Shown piece after piece: positions 1-8,541 of a DNA stretch of 64,000 nucleotides (position 1 is its first letter; the number at the start of each line of letters is the position of its first letter). The notes under the pieces were generated by a model, which was not told where the DNA came from, ran no database searches, and saw nothing but the letters and a program-made list of their open reading frames with translations. Source of the stretch: Minisyncoccota bacterium (GTDB lineage: Bacteria > Patescibacteriota > Minisyncoccia > Phycocordibacterales > VMEP01); NCBI GenBank assembly GCA_041661305.1, contig JBAZUR010000002.1, positions 10,621 through 74,620 on the forward strand, read 5' to 3'. The position numbers and the translations under genes were made by a program.

Positions 1-474
1 AATGTTAATCCATTTTCCAGCTGTTTGATTGCGATTATTCAGGTTTTTATAGCAATCGGACTTTATAATGTTTTGGCGACAGGAATAGTCTTAGATGAAG
101 ACTCCCTTTATTCATTCGTTGTTTTTCCTCAGATAGTTAATTCTTTGTTTTTGGGAATAATTGATACACATACACCAAGCTACCTTTTAGCCTTTCTTGC
201 AGCAGTCTCACAATATTTTCTAGCCGCACTTTTACCAGCCCCACATAAAAAGGAAGGAAAAGAAGCCCCCACTTTTCAGGAGGATTTGGCTAGAAATATG
301 CATATGCAAATGAAATACGTTTTACCAGTTGTTATTCTTGTTATCGCAACAAGATTTCCAGCAGCAGTTGCTCTTTATTGGGTTGTAAGCAACCTCTTTT
401 CTATTGGACAAGAAATTGTTATAAGAAAAGGAATGGAAAAGTACGATGTGAAAAATCCACAAATTTCAGCATAA
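1..474 (+). CDS. yidC: YidC/Oxa1 membrane insertase (5' truncated by window)
   Basis: Frame open from base 1; NVNPFSSCL..IIQ and ALYWVVSNLFSIGQE motifs; followed by jag. Confidence 0.9.
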   Translation, partial: NVNPFSSCLIAIIQVFIAIGLYNVLATGIVLDEDSLYSFVVFPQIVNSLFLGIIDTHTPSYLLAFLAAVSQYFLAALLPAPHKKEGKEAPTFQEDLARNMHMQMKYVLPVVILVIATRFPAAVALYWVVSNLFSIGQEIVIRKGMEKYDVKNPQISA

Positions 475-475
475 A

Positions 476-964
476 ATGAATACAGAAGAAATAAAAAAAA
501 TAATAGAGGAAACCCTTAAAAAACTCACGACTACTTTTGAGGAAGTTGAAATAAAAAAGGAAGATGATGGTTCTTATATTTTTTCAATTAAAACAAATGA
601 TGTTGATTTTCTTGTTGGTAAAGATGGTACTTCCCTCCTCTCTTTAAATCACCTCATCAAAAGAATGGTTGACCAAAGTTTAAGTAAGACAAAATCAGAC
701 GAACAACTCTCTTTTATTGTTGATGTAAACGGATACCAACAAAGAAAAATTGATGATTTAAAAAATAAAGCAAAAATGATGGTGGAAAGAGCGCGCTTTT
801 TTAAATCAAGTGTTGAGCTTGAGCCAATGTCGTCTTATGAACGAATGGTTGTTCATACCTTTCTAAAAACGTTACCAGATATCAAAACAGAATCTATTGG
901 TGTTGGTAGTGAACGAAGAGTTGTTGTTAAATACACAGAACCATCCAGTCTCGCCTCTCTTTAA
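476..964 (+). CDS. jag: Jag/EloR-like KH + R3H RNA-binding protein (short form)
   Basis: LVGKDGTSL KH motif, VDVNGY, PMSSYERMVVH R3H motif. Confidence 0.85.
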   Translation: MNTEEIKKIIEETLKKLTTTFEEVEIKKEDDGSYIFSIKTNDVDFLVGKDGTSLLSLNHLIKRMVDQSLSKTKSDEQLSFIVDVNGYQQRKIDDLKNKAKMMVERARFFKSSVELEPMSSYERMVVHTFLKTLPDIKTESIGVGSERRVVVKYTEPSSLASL

Positions 965-970
965 TAAATA

Positions 971-2218
971 CTAGAGAGACAAAAGCCAAAGAGAGTTATC
1001 TGTTTTGTTTATAAAAACAAATTTATCCCCATTTTGATTTATTTGTGGTGAGGTAACATCTATTTGTTCTCTTGAAATTTCTCGCAGGTTTGCTAGTTGG
1101 TCTGTTGCACCAGACTCAGTATCAATTTTCCAAACGGTATCAGAAAAACTGATCAATCCTTGGTACCACGAATCAGGGTAGCCACCAGGTACTCTTGGTG
1201 TAGTTTCTGGAACAGCACAATAAGTGCTTATGTTATTTGAAGACCAAACACATTTTTCAGAGAGGGTTGCTAAGCCAAGAGAATAGGTAGTTTTTGTTTT
1301 TTTGTTAAAAACAGATAAAGATAACCCACCTTCGTTATTTTCTGAAAAAACAGCACGATTTCCATCCGGGGAAAGTAAGGTGGTGAGCCCGTATTTTTTA
1401 CCAATAACTTTTATTAAAGCAGGGTTTTTTACTGTAATAGAGTAATTGAAACCAAAGACAGAAGAAGAAGGTTTTGTGTTAAGGAAAATAACATCACCTT
1501 CTACCCATTGAGGAAGCCACTCTGTGAAAGTAGACTGAAAGATTTGTGACTTTTTTGACCCATCAAAGAAAGAGATGCTTCCAACAGAAGAGTTACCATA
1601 ATTGATTAATGTAAATATTTTTAATTTATCTGGAGAAACAGCTATTTGGTTTATGTTTTCATCGATAAAAGAGCCAACAAGAATACCCTCATCAGAAGTT
1701 GTTGCGCTTGTTTGTATTTTTGCTGAATATGTTTGAATAATATTATCTTCTTCTTTTAGATAGCGGAGTAAAACACTTTCTCCTTTGTCGGAAAAAATAG
1801 CCTCGTGTATTTTTGGAATAGTTGTATTGGTTAAACGCTTACTTTCGAGGGAGGAAGTGTTTATTTCTTGAACGTGACCGTTCTCTTTTTCTACATAACG
1901 GACAATTGTTGAACTTGCTCTCTCAAAGACAATAAAACCAGCAGTCGGACGAGGCGATAATTTTAAAAGTTTCTGTTTTTTTAATTGATTAGTATTTGCC
2001 TCTCCTGTTTGTGTCCCCTCTCCATTGTTTGATACACCATCATTTGTACCACTACCTTTTTCTCTATTATCAAAAATACCAAACGGAGAAAAACTAGAAC
2101 CATTATCGCTTGTACCCAAAATGTTTGAACCACTTCTATTCAAGAAGAACCAACCTGTGCCAGCAAAGGCAACTAAAACAAGAGAAAGGATGATTGCTAG
2201 TGTGGTTTTTGTGGACAT
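971..2218 (-). CDS. Membrane-anchored beta-propeller (TolB/WD40-like) protein
   Basis: N-terminal TM helix; repeated SPDG/SPDK-type blades. Confidence 0.55.
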   Translation of the reverse strand: MSTKTTLAIILSLVLVAFAGTGWFFLNRSGSNILGTSDNGSSFSPFGIFDNREKGSGTNDGVSNNGEGTQTGEANTNQLKKQKLLKLSPRPTAGFIVFERASSTIVRYVEKENGHVQEINTSSLESKRLTNTTIPKIHEAIFSDKGESVLLRYLKEEDNIIQTYSAKIQTSATTSDEGILVGSFIDENINQIAVSPDKLKIFTLINYGNSSVGSISFFDGSKKSQIFQSTFTEWLPQWVEGDVIFLNTKPSSSVFGFNYSITVKNPALIKVIGKKYGLTTLLSPDGNRAVFSENNEGGLSLSVFNKKTKTTYSLGLATLSEKCVWSSNNISTYCAVPETTPRVPGGYPDSWYQGLISFSDTVWKIDTESGATDQLANLREISREQIDVTSPQINQNGDKFVFINKTDNSLWLLSL

Positions 2219-2226
2219 GTGTTTAT

Positions 2227-3141
2227 TTATGGTGTTGTTACGTGCCAGTGCTCAGAGTTTTCGTTGTAAAAACGAGCACCACCAAAAATACAGGTTTGAC
2301 CAATTGACGAACAATTATTTGGGTTTGTTCTTGTTCCGCTCGCTAGGCCAGTTTTAATTATATACTCAGTTATTTTCGGACCAGAGCTATTTTTACCAAT
2401 ATCGACTATCGGGCGGTTTTCCGCGTGTGTTGCATGTCTCCAAAACTCTGTTCCACCACTTACAACAACAACACAATCAGAACCACAAGCTTTTTTAAGT
2501 GTTCCTAAAAAAGCAATTGTGGAATCAGGGAGCAGTCCGACATTTGTACAGCTTTTTTGGCCATAAACAGTACAAGGGCTCGCATTTATTCCAACGTTAA
2601 GAGTTTTTAATCTATCTCTAACTCTTTGTTCGTCTTTTAGGATTGCGGCGATTCTATCTTTGATTGCTTGTGTAACTGTTGGGTCGCCTCCTATGACACC
2701 GGTAGTACTACGAGTGCCAGCACCAGAAGATACGCTAGGAGTAGTGCCAGTCATTGACGGCGCTGTTTTGGCGATATTTAGATTAAGGCTTACTAAATCA
2801 GGATTTATTGTATATAGGAAAATATAGATACCGAGAGCAAGGATAAGCCCCAAGATTGCTCCCTCAATTTTAGATTTGGCGTCCCCTATTTTAAAAGGAG
2901 ATTCGCTTGCCATATATTGAATTCCTCCGATAACTATTTGGATTACAGCAAGGCCAGCTGCAATACCAATGCCAATTTTAAAAATAAGATTAAGGTAATC
3001 AGAAAAGGATGTTTCGCTATTAATTACAGCAAATTGGTCATTATAAACTCCCGGTTCGAGTAATGTGTATTCTTGCGCGGAAGCAACCCCACAAAAAATA
3101 AAAAACGGAAGGATAGAGAGAAGTAAAAAGAATTTTTTCAT
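2227..3141 (-). CDS. TrbC/VirB2-like pilin fused to Cys-containing putative zinc peptidase domain
   Basis: Signal peptide; IVIGGIQYMAS...AKSKI..AILGLILAL...INPDL pilin signature; C-terminal H..D and EHWHV. Confidence 0.6.
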   Translation of the reverse strand: MKKFFLLLSILPFFIFCGVASAQEYTLLEPGVYNDQFAVINSETSFSDYLNLIFKIGIGIAAGLAVIQIVIGGIQYMASESPFKIGDAKSKIEGAILGLILALGIYIFLYTINPDLVSLNLNIAKTAPSMTGTTPSVSSGAGTRSTTGVIGGDPTVTQAIKDRIAAILKDEQRVRDRLKTLNVGINASPCTVYGQKSCTNVGLLPDSTIAFLGTLKKACGSDCVVVVSGGTEFWRHATHAENRPIVDIGKNSSGPKITEYIIKTGLASGTRTNPNNCSSIGQTCIFGGARFYNENSEHWHVTTP

Positions 3142-3142
3142 A

Positions 3143-4138
3143 CTAACGTCCTTTAAAGTTTAACATAATATTGCCGACCGCCGAGAGCATTATTTTAGAA
3201 GGATTTGTTACTAGAAGAGAGATGTCTGCAGACCCACTTGTGCCAGATTGCTGTCTTACAATAAGAACCCCGGGATTTAAGTTCTCTGCTTTTACTGGAT
3301 TACCGTTAAGTGACCAGCTGTATTTTATTTTACTACTTGTTTTGTTGTTTGGAGAGAAAAAATATGGCTCAGCTGCTATGGAAAGTTCTTCGTTTGAGAG
3401 AGGAAGTGAACCTGAAAGTGCTTTTCCATATAAAATACCTAAAATAGGATTCTTTTCATAAAATAAAATTTTAGGCTCTACTATTTGAATTACAACTTCT
3501 TCTCTCCCAACTTTAAAATCGGAAGTATTTCTTGCCTCGACTCCTATTTGCTCGCTTTTTTTAAGGTAATCATTTTTTAAAAAAAGCGTGGAAACACCCC
3601 TGCCGGAAAGTGAACCTAAAACTTCAGAATCACGGCGCCATTTGTAAGAAAGCTCACTTGTTTTATATGTACCACCATTACTTTTCCAAATATTAGGAAT
3701 AGCTGTTATTTTTATTGATGATTCCGATGTTGGGAGAGCTTTCCCTTTGTAAAAAGGTGGAGTGTAAACATCCGTTGCCTGCCAAAGTAGGTTGATTTCT
3801 GATGGGTTTACTACCAAAGTTCCTTGTGCGGAGGTATTTCCTAACGTAGCACTAGCTTTTATTGATATTGGTTCACCAACTTCCCCGACCTTAAAAGAAA
3901 CAGATTTTTGACCAACATTTGAAGAAATTTTTTTACCGCCTAAAGACCAGGTTATGTTTGCGAGGTCTAGATTAAAGGAAGAGCTTGAAACTGAGGCTGT
4001 TACCACGTCTTGTGGCTCTGGGATCTCTGGTGAGATTTGAATCAAAAGAGAGGAGGACTGGCTAAACGTTACTAAAGGAAATATTAAAAAACTTAACAAA
4101 AGTAAATTCTTAAAAATAATTTTTTTGTTAAATAACAT
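3143..4138 (-). CDS. Secreted beta-rich (Ig-like) protein of T4SS-like cluster
   Basis: Signal peptide; three repeats with I/YxWxxxG/D pattern. Confidence 0.5.
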   Translation of the reverse strand: MLFNKKIIFKNLLLLSFLIFPLVTFSQSSSLLIQISPEIPEPQDVVTASVSSSSFNLDLANITWSLGGKKISSNVGQKSVSFKVGEVGEPISIKASATLGNTSAQGTLVVNPSEINLLWQATDVYTPPFYKGKALPTSESSIKITAIPNIWKSNGGTYKTSELSYKWRRDSEVLGSLSGRGVSTLFLKNDYLKKSEQIGVEARNTSDFKVGREEVVIQIVEPKILFYEKNPILGILYGKALSGSLPLSNEELSIAAEPYFFSPNNKTSSKIKYSWSLNGNPVKAENLNPGVLIVRQQSGTSGSADISLLVTNPSKIMLSAVGNIMLNFKGR

Positions 4139-4547
4139 TTAATTCTTCTACTTTCGTAACTATTTTTTTCAAAAAGATGTGGTTTTCTATGGTGCGCAAA
4201 ACAACAAGACTTAAAGCTGTTGCCGGAATAATATTAACGAAAGGGATTACCTCTATTATAAACTGTCCTGCGAGAACAGCCAACTTCCTTCCAGCATATC
4301 TACCAGTAAAACTAATGCCGTTCATAAATAAATAAAAAAAGAGTGTTATGTTAAAAAAAAATGTAAAGAAAACAGACATAGCCGAGAGAATCATGGTGAG
4401 ATTAAGTAAATCTAAAAGATCTTTGATTAAAGCAAAACCAAGCATAAGCATAAAACCAAAGCCAGTTAACTTTCTACTTTTTGTTAAGCTCCCCTCTCTC
4501 AATAGCTCAACGTTTTGTTTATTTTCTAGTTTTTTTTCTTTATTCAC
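4128..4547 (-). CDS. Small membrane protein
   Basis: Several hydrophobic helices, EVIPFVNIIP; overlaps the next gene. Confidence 0.6.
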   Translation of the reverse strand: MNKEKKLENKQNVELLREGSLTKSRKLTGFGFMLMLGFALIKDLLDLLNLTMILSAMSVFFTFFFNITLFFYLFMNGISFTGRYAGRKLAVLAGQFIIEVIPFVNIIPATALSLVVLRTIENHIFLKKIVTKVEELNVI

Positions 4548-4568
4548 CTGTTTGTATAAATTGGCTTA

Positions 4569-6389
4569 TTACTCAGATTCGGCTGTAGCTAAGTCATTTT
4601 TGGCTTTTTTGATTGCTAGAACTTGCGATGGGTCCGAAGTTATTATCTGGTCTTCGGTGTACGAAGCAACAATTTTTAAAGCCACGTGCTTAAGGCCGGC
4701 AAAGAAGATTCCCTCTCCAACTCCCGATTCAAGAAGAAGATATTTTTCCTCGTCTGTTAAGTTGAAAGTTTTTTGAACCATATCAATAGAAGAAGGAGAC
4801 TGTTTTAAAAGAATTTGTATTGACGAGTTTGTAATAATAGGAAGGCCATATGGAGAATTAAGAAAGTCGCCGACATCTTGAGTAATTGTTGCAAGTCCCA
4901 AGTAATATTTACGGCCACGCTTAGCGATACTGAAAAGAAAAGAAGCTGTATCTTCTGATTTCATCATCCACCAAGCTTCGTCAACTACAAGGAGGCGTTT
5001 TTTAAGATTTTTACGAACAGCATTCCAGATATAGTGAGTAACAATGTACATTGCAACAGGTTTCAACTCATCCTCCATGTCACGCACAGAAAAAACAACG
5101 AATTTTTTGTTGATATCAACATTGGTTGGTTTGTTTATGAAACCAGACCAAGTTCCTTTTGTGTATTTAGATAACTTTTGAAGAAGATCTGCGCTACCGT
5201 CCATTCCAGAAAGGACCATTTCGAAGTCTGAAAGTAGTGGTGGTTCGATCGCAGAAAAGTCTGAATCAGCGGTAATGTCTTTGAGGTTATAAGTTTCCGT
5301 AATTGCGCGGTCGATAAGGGAATCTTCTCCCGGAGAAAGACCTCCGAGCATAATACGAAACAATCCGACGAGATTTACGATATTTGAACGCAAAACATCA
5401 GCAGCTGACTCATCTTCGCGAGGAACTGGAAGATCAAACGGGTTTATGTGGTGGTCTGAAGTAAGAGAAATATTAAAATAACGTCCACCTGTCGCTTCAG
5501 CCAAATATTCATATTCACGCTCTGGGTCGATAACGATAACCTCCGTATCAAACATAAGCGTGCGGATTATTTCAAGCTTGGTAGTGTAAGATTTTCCAGA
5601 ACCAGCCTTAGCAAAAATAATTGAGTTGTAGTTTTCAAGTGAATAACGATCAAAAAGAACAAGACTTGAATTGTGTCTATTTATTCCATATAAAATTCCG
5701 CGATCAGAAGTGAGGTCAAAAGAAACAAATGGGAAAAGAGAAGATAGTGGAGAAGAGTTTAATTTAGAATGGACACCTAGCTCATCTGACGCTATTGGAA
5801 TAACACTTTTAAATCCTTGTTCTTGTTGGAAAAGAGCTGGTTTAACATAAACCATCTTAGATTCAAGGATTGATTTTATTTCGGACTCTATTTTATCAAG
5901 TTCTGCCTCGGTTGTTCCGTATATCGTTAGATATAGACCGACATCAAATATTTTTTCTTGGGCTTGCTGAAGAGAGTCGCGAAGAGATTCTAGGTCTTGG
6001 TATGCAGTATCAAGCATAGGGTCGCGAACCATACCTTTCTCTTCGCGCATATGTATTTGGCTTTGAACCTCAGCAACTTTTTTCTGGAAAGTATGAAGAA
6101 TCTTGGCTGTTTCTATTGGGTGTATAAAAATTGAAACATCAAAAACCTTATCTAGGTTTATGATTGGAGAAAACCAGTTGTCAGCTAAAACTCTCGGATA
6201 AGAAATAACAAAAAAAGTACGCGCTATTTTGTCGCCGAGGTTTAGAGCCCTAGGCTCAATTTTTAAAGCCGAAGGGGCGATAATATCACGAAGCTCAAGT
6301 GTTGCTGCTTGATAGATTTCTTGTGGAAGAATCGGGGTAATTTCCTCCTCTTTTTTTTCATTTCCTGTTATGAAATCAAATATTCCCAT
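4569..6389 (-). CDS. VirB4/TraC-like T4SS ATPase
   Basis: Walker A AKAGSGKS, VIDPEREY, Walker B VVDEAW, KRGRKY, ITQ. Confidence 0.9.
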   Translation of the reverse strand: MGIFDFITGNEKKEEEITPILPQEIYQAATLELRDIIAPSALKIEPRALNLGDKIARTFFVISYPRVLADNWFSPIINLDKVFDVSIFIHPIETAKILHTFQKKVAEVQSQIHMREEKGMVRDPMLDTAYQDLESLRDSLQQAQEKIFDVGLYLTIYGTTEAELDKIESEIKSILESKMVYVKPALFQQEQGFKSVIPIASDELGVHSKLNSSPLSSLFPFVSFDLTSDRGILYGINRHNSSLVLFDRYSLENYNSIIFAKAGSGKSYTTKLEIIRTLMFDTEVIVIDPEREYEYLAEATGGRYFNISLTSDHHINPFDLPVPREDESAADVLRSNIVNLVGLFRIMLGGLSPGEDSLIDRAITETYNLKDITADSDFSAIEPPLLSDFEMVLSGMDGSADLLQKLSKYTKGTWSGFINKPTNVDINKKFVVFSVRDMEDELKPVAMYIVTHYIWNAVRKNLKKRLLVVDEAWWMMKSEDTASFLFSIAKRGRKYYLGLATITQDVGDFLNSPYGLPIITNSSIQILLKQSPSSIDMVQKTFNLTDEEKYLLLESGVGEGIFFAGLKHVALKIVASYTEDQIITSDPSQVLAIKKAKNDLATAESE

Positions 6390-6394
6390 GGTAT

Positions 6395-7057
6395 TTATTG
6401 ATTGAGCTTGATAGCTTTTTCTGTCTCTCCTGGATTAAAAATTTTATAAAAAACCTCGATAACCTCTTCGGTTCCAAGCTGGACAGCTCTAACTCCAAAA
6501 CGAGATAGCCCCTGAGCAACCACTGAGACACGCTGGTCAAGCTGTGAACGACTTTCTTCAAAAAGTTCTGTTTCAGCGATACGGGACTCCGCGGTTGGTT
6601 CTTTATTTCCCGTCATTCCTGGAATCGGAGGAAGTGAAAAACCACTACTACCCTTCCCTCCAATAGATGGGGCGCTATAAGGAACCACTATAAAAAAGTT
6701 TTTAGTCATAATGTTTCTTGTTTCAGCAAGGTTTTTTATAAAATCAATATATTCTCGAGTCTGTATTTTAAGAAGATCTTCTAATTGTTCTTTCATTCTG
6801 TCTTCAAGCATTGTTATGTATGGCTTTATGTCTAGCTTGCGAGATTGAATGAATATTTGAATTGAGAAATCCAATGAGTTTAAAAAACCTTGGAATTGTA
6901 AAATAGTAGCAGTCTGCTCGTCTTCTGATTTTAAAGCGAGATTTAAAGAAGAAGTCATGATTAGCGCCCTCAAAGAGCCGTCTTTTAAAACAACAACGCC
7001 ATCGCGTACTTCTTTAATAGGAACAAAATCTTGAGCTGCTTTAGATTGAATAGCCAT
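6395..7057 (-). CDS. T4SS-associated protein (TraC/TraE N-terminal-like)
   Basis: NLALKSEDEQ..FQGFLNSLDFSIQI; between prgI-like and virB4-like genes. Confidence 0.7.
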   Translation of the reverse strand: MAIQSKAAQDFVPIKEVRDGVVVLKDGSLRALIMTSSLNLALKSEDEQTATILQFQGFLNSLDFSIQIFIQSRKLDIKPYITMLEDRMKEQLEDLLKIQTREYIDFIKNLAETRNIMTKNFFIVVPYSAPSIGGKGSSGFSLPPIPGMTGNKEPTAESRIAETELFEESRSQLDQRVSVVAQGLSRFGVRAVQLGTEEVIEVFYKIFNPGETEKAIKLNQ

Positions 7058-7155
7058 TGGTTATTTGTGGTTAGTATAGCAAATAGACACTAAAATGTAT
7101 GTTCACAAGGCTCTTTACTTCTTTTTTTCACGAGAAAAAACTCCTTTTTGTGAAA

Positions 7156-7578
7156 TCATTCTTCTTTGCTCGTGGTTAAAACATCAAGACCCCAAGAGAG
7201 ATCTTTTAGTTTACTATCAGAGAGGCGCGGAACCAAAGAATTGTCAGTGTCACCCTTCTTTGCTTTTTTTGTTATCTCCATTGGCCGATTTTCTTTTTTC
7301 CAAATATATAGTTTTTCTCCGAGGTAGTAGCGAAAAGCTGCCTCAACGCTGTAAATGAACGGTTTGTCATTTATTTTATAAAATGCAAAAGCAACTGCGA
7401 GGGCTACTATAGGAATCACAAAAAATAGAGTAATTACTAAAGGAAGAAAGCTGTCTAGTATTTTATACACAACAAAAGCCATTCCCGCTCCACCAGCTAG
7501 GTAAATAAATTGTTTAAAAGTAAATGGACCAAAAATCTTATCCTCTACTTCAATAAATTGCGGAACATGAAACTGCAT
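7156..7578 (-). CDS. PrgI family (VirB3-like) protein
   Basis: VPQFIEVEDKIFGPFTFKQF followed by two TM helices. Confidence 0.85.
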   Translation of the reverse strand: MQFHVPQFIEVEDKIFGPFTFKQFIYLAGGAGMAFVVYKILDSFLPLVITLFFVIPIVALAVAFAFYKINDKPFIYSVEAAFRYYLGEKLYIWKKENRPMEITKKAKKGDTDNSLVPRLSDSKLKDLSWGLDVLTTSKEE

Positions 7579-7628
7579 TTAATTAGTATAGCGTACTATT
7601 AGATGTTTTAAAGTTGTTTAGGTTTTTA

Positions 7629-7716
7629 TTTTTCTCTTTAAAAACACGTATAAAAATCTGCTGATTTTTTACTATACTCACGCCGTCGCGTTGCGTAATG
7701 TTTTTAAGGAGAAAAA
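7629..7716 (-). repeat. Dispersed three-way-junction repeat, copy 1 (54-nt core + 17-bp IR)
   Basis: Core 7646-7699 aligns without gaps to cores at 14247-14300 and 57338-57391 with compensatory changes. Confidence 0.9.
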
Positions 7717-7791
7717 CTAGAGCTGAAGAAAAAGAAAGCAATACGAAGCCAAACTTCATAACAACGATTATCAGAATCATTGTTTCTGGAA

Positions 7792-8526
7792 TTAGATTTG
7801 TTCTCGATATGGATCCAGTTGGTACTTTGTCTCTTTTTTAGGAAGAGCGAAAGAGTCTGTTAGTTTTTGTTCAACTATATCAATTGGCGTAGAAGCACTT
7901 TCCTTTGCAGTAGAATTTTTTTCCTCGAGAACAGGTAGAACTTTTTGTGAAGAAATTTGGGGAATAGTTTTACCTGAAGAAAGTTCTCTTTCCGGTGTGA
8001 TTAATGGATTTTCAACGTCATTTAGTACATTTTCTCTTATAAGACTTTCGTTTTCTTCGGTTTCCATGTGCTTGTCTTCACTTACAATTTCAACACCACT
8101 TTCTTTAAATATGGTTTTATCAACAGGGTTTAGTGCGGTTTGCTCAAGTACATTATTTTGTGGAACATCTTCTCTGTATGCATCATGTTTTACTTCAACT
8201 AGCTCGGTTTCGCCATGTACCTTTTTTAACGATTCACGAATTGAACCAAAAATTTGCTCATTTATATCGTGGACAATTAAGCCGGCGATATCGTGAGTCA
8301 CACCAAGCTTTGACTCCACTACCCCCAAAAAATCTTTTGGGTTTGTTATGCCAAACATAACCAAGTTTGTTTCATCAACCAAGATTGTTAACTTATCAAT
8401 ATGGAGAGAGTATTTTGATCCAATTTCTCTAATTTTTTTACCAGTATCAAAACCAAAAAGAACATCTTTCACATCGTCTGGGAGATGCTCGAGCATTTGT
8501 TCAAGTTGTTGGTTTGTGTAGTTCAT
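7792..8526 (-). CDS. Conserved-looking hypothetical protein
   Basis: 244-aa ORF, helical N-domain, acidic linker, C-terminal DPYREQI. Confidence 0.7.
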   Translation of the reverse strand: MNYTNQQLEQMLEHLPDDVKDVLFGFDTGKKIREIGSKYSLHIDKLTILVDETNLVMFGITNPKDFLGVVESKLGVTHDIAGLIVHDINEQIFGSIRESLKKVHGETELVEVKHDAYREDVPQNNVLEQTALNPVDKTIFKESGVEIVSEDKHMETEENESLIRENVLNDVENPLITPERELSSGKTIPQISSQKVLPVLEEKNSTAKESASTPIDIVEQKLTDSFALPKKETKYQLDPYREQI

Positions 8527-8541
8527 CTTAAAAGTAATTTT

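Noticed and set aside
7583-7780. 65-aa ORF in the T4SS cluster
   Set aside because: Spans the non-coding 54-nt repeat; likely spurious (same for ORFs 14145-14348 and 57145-57339)
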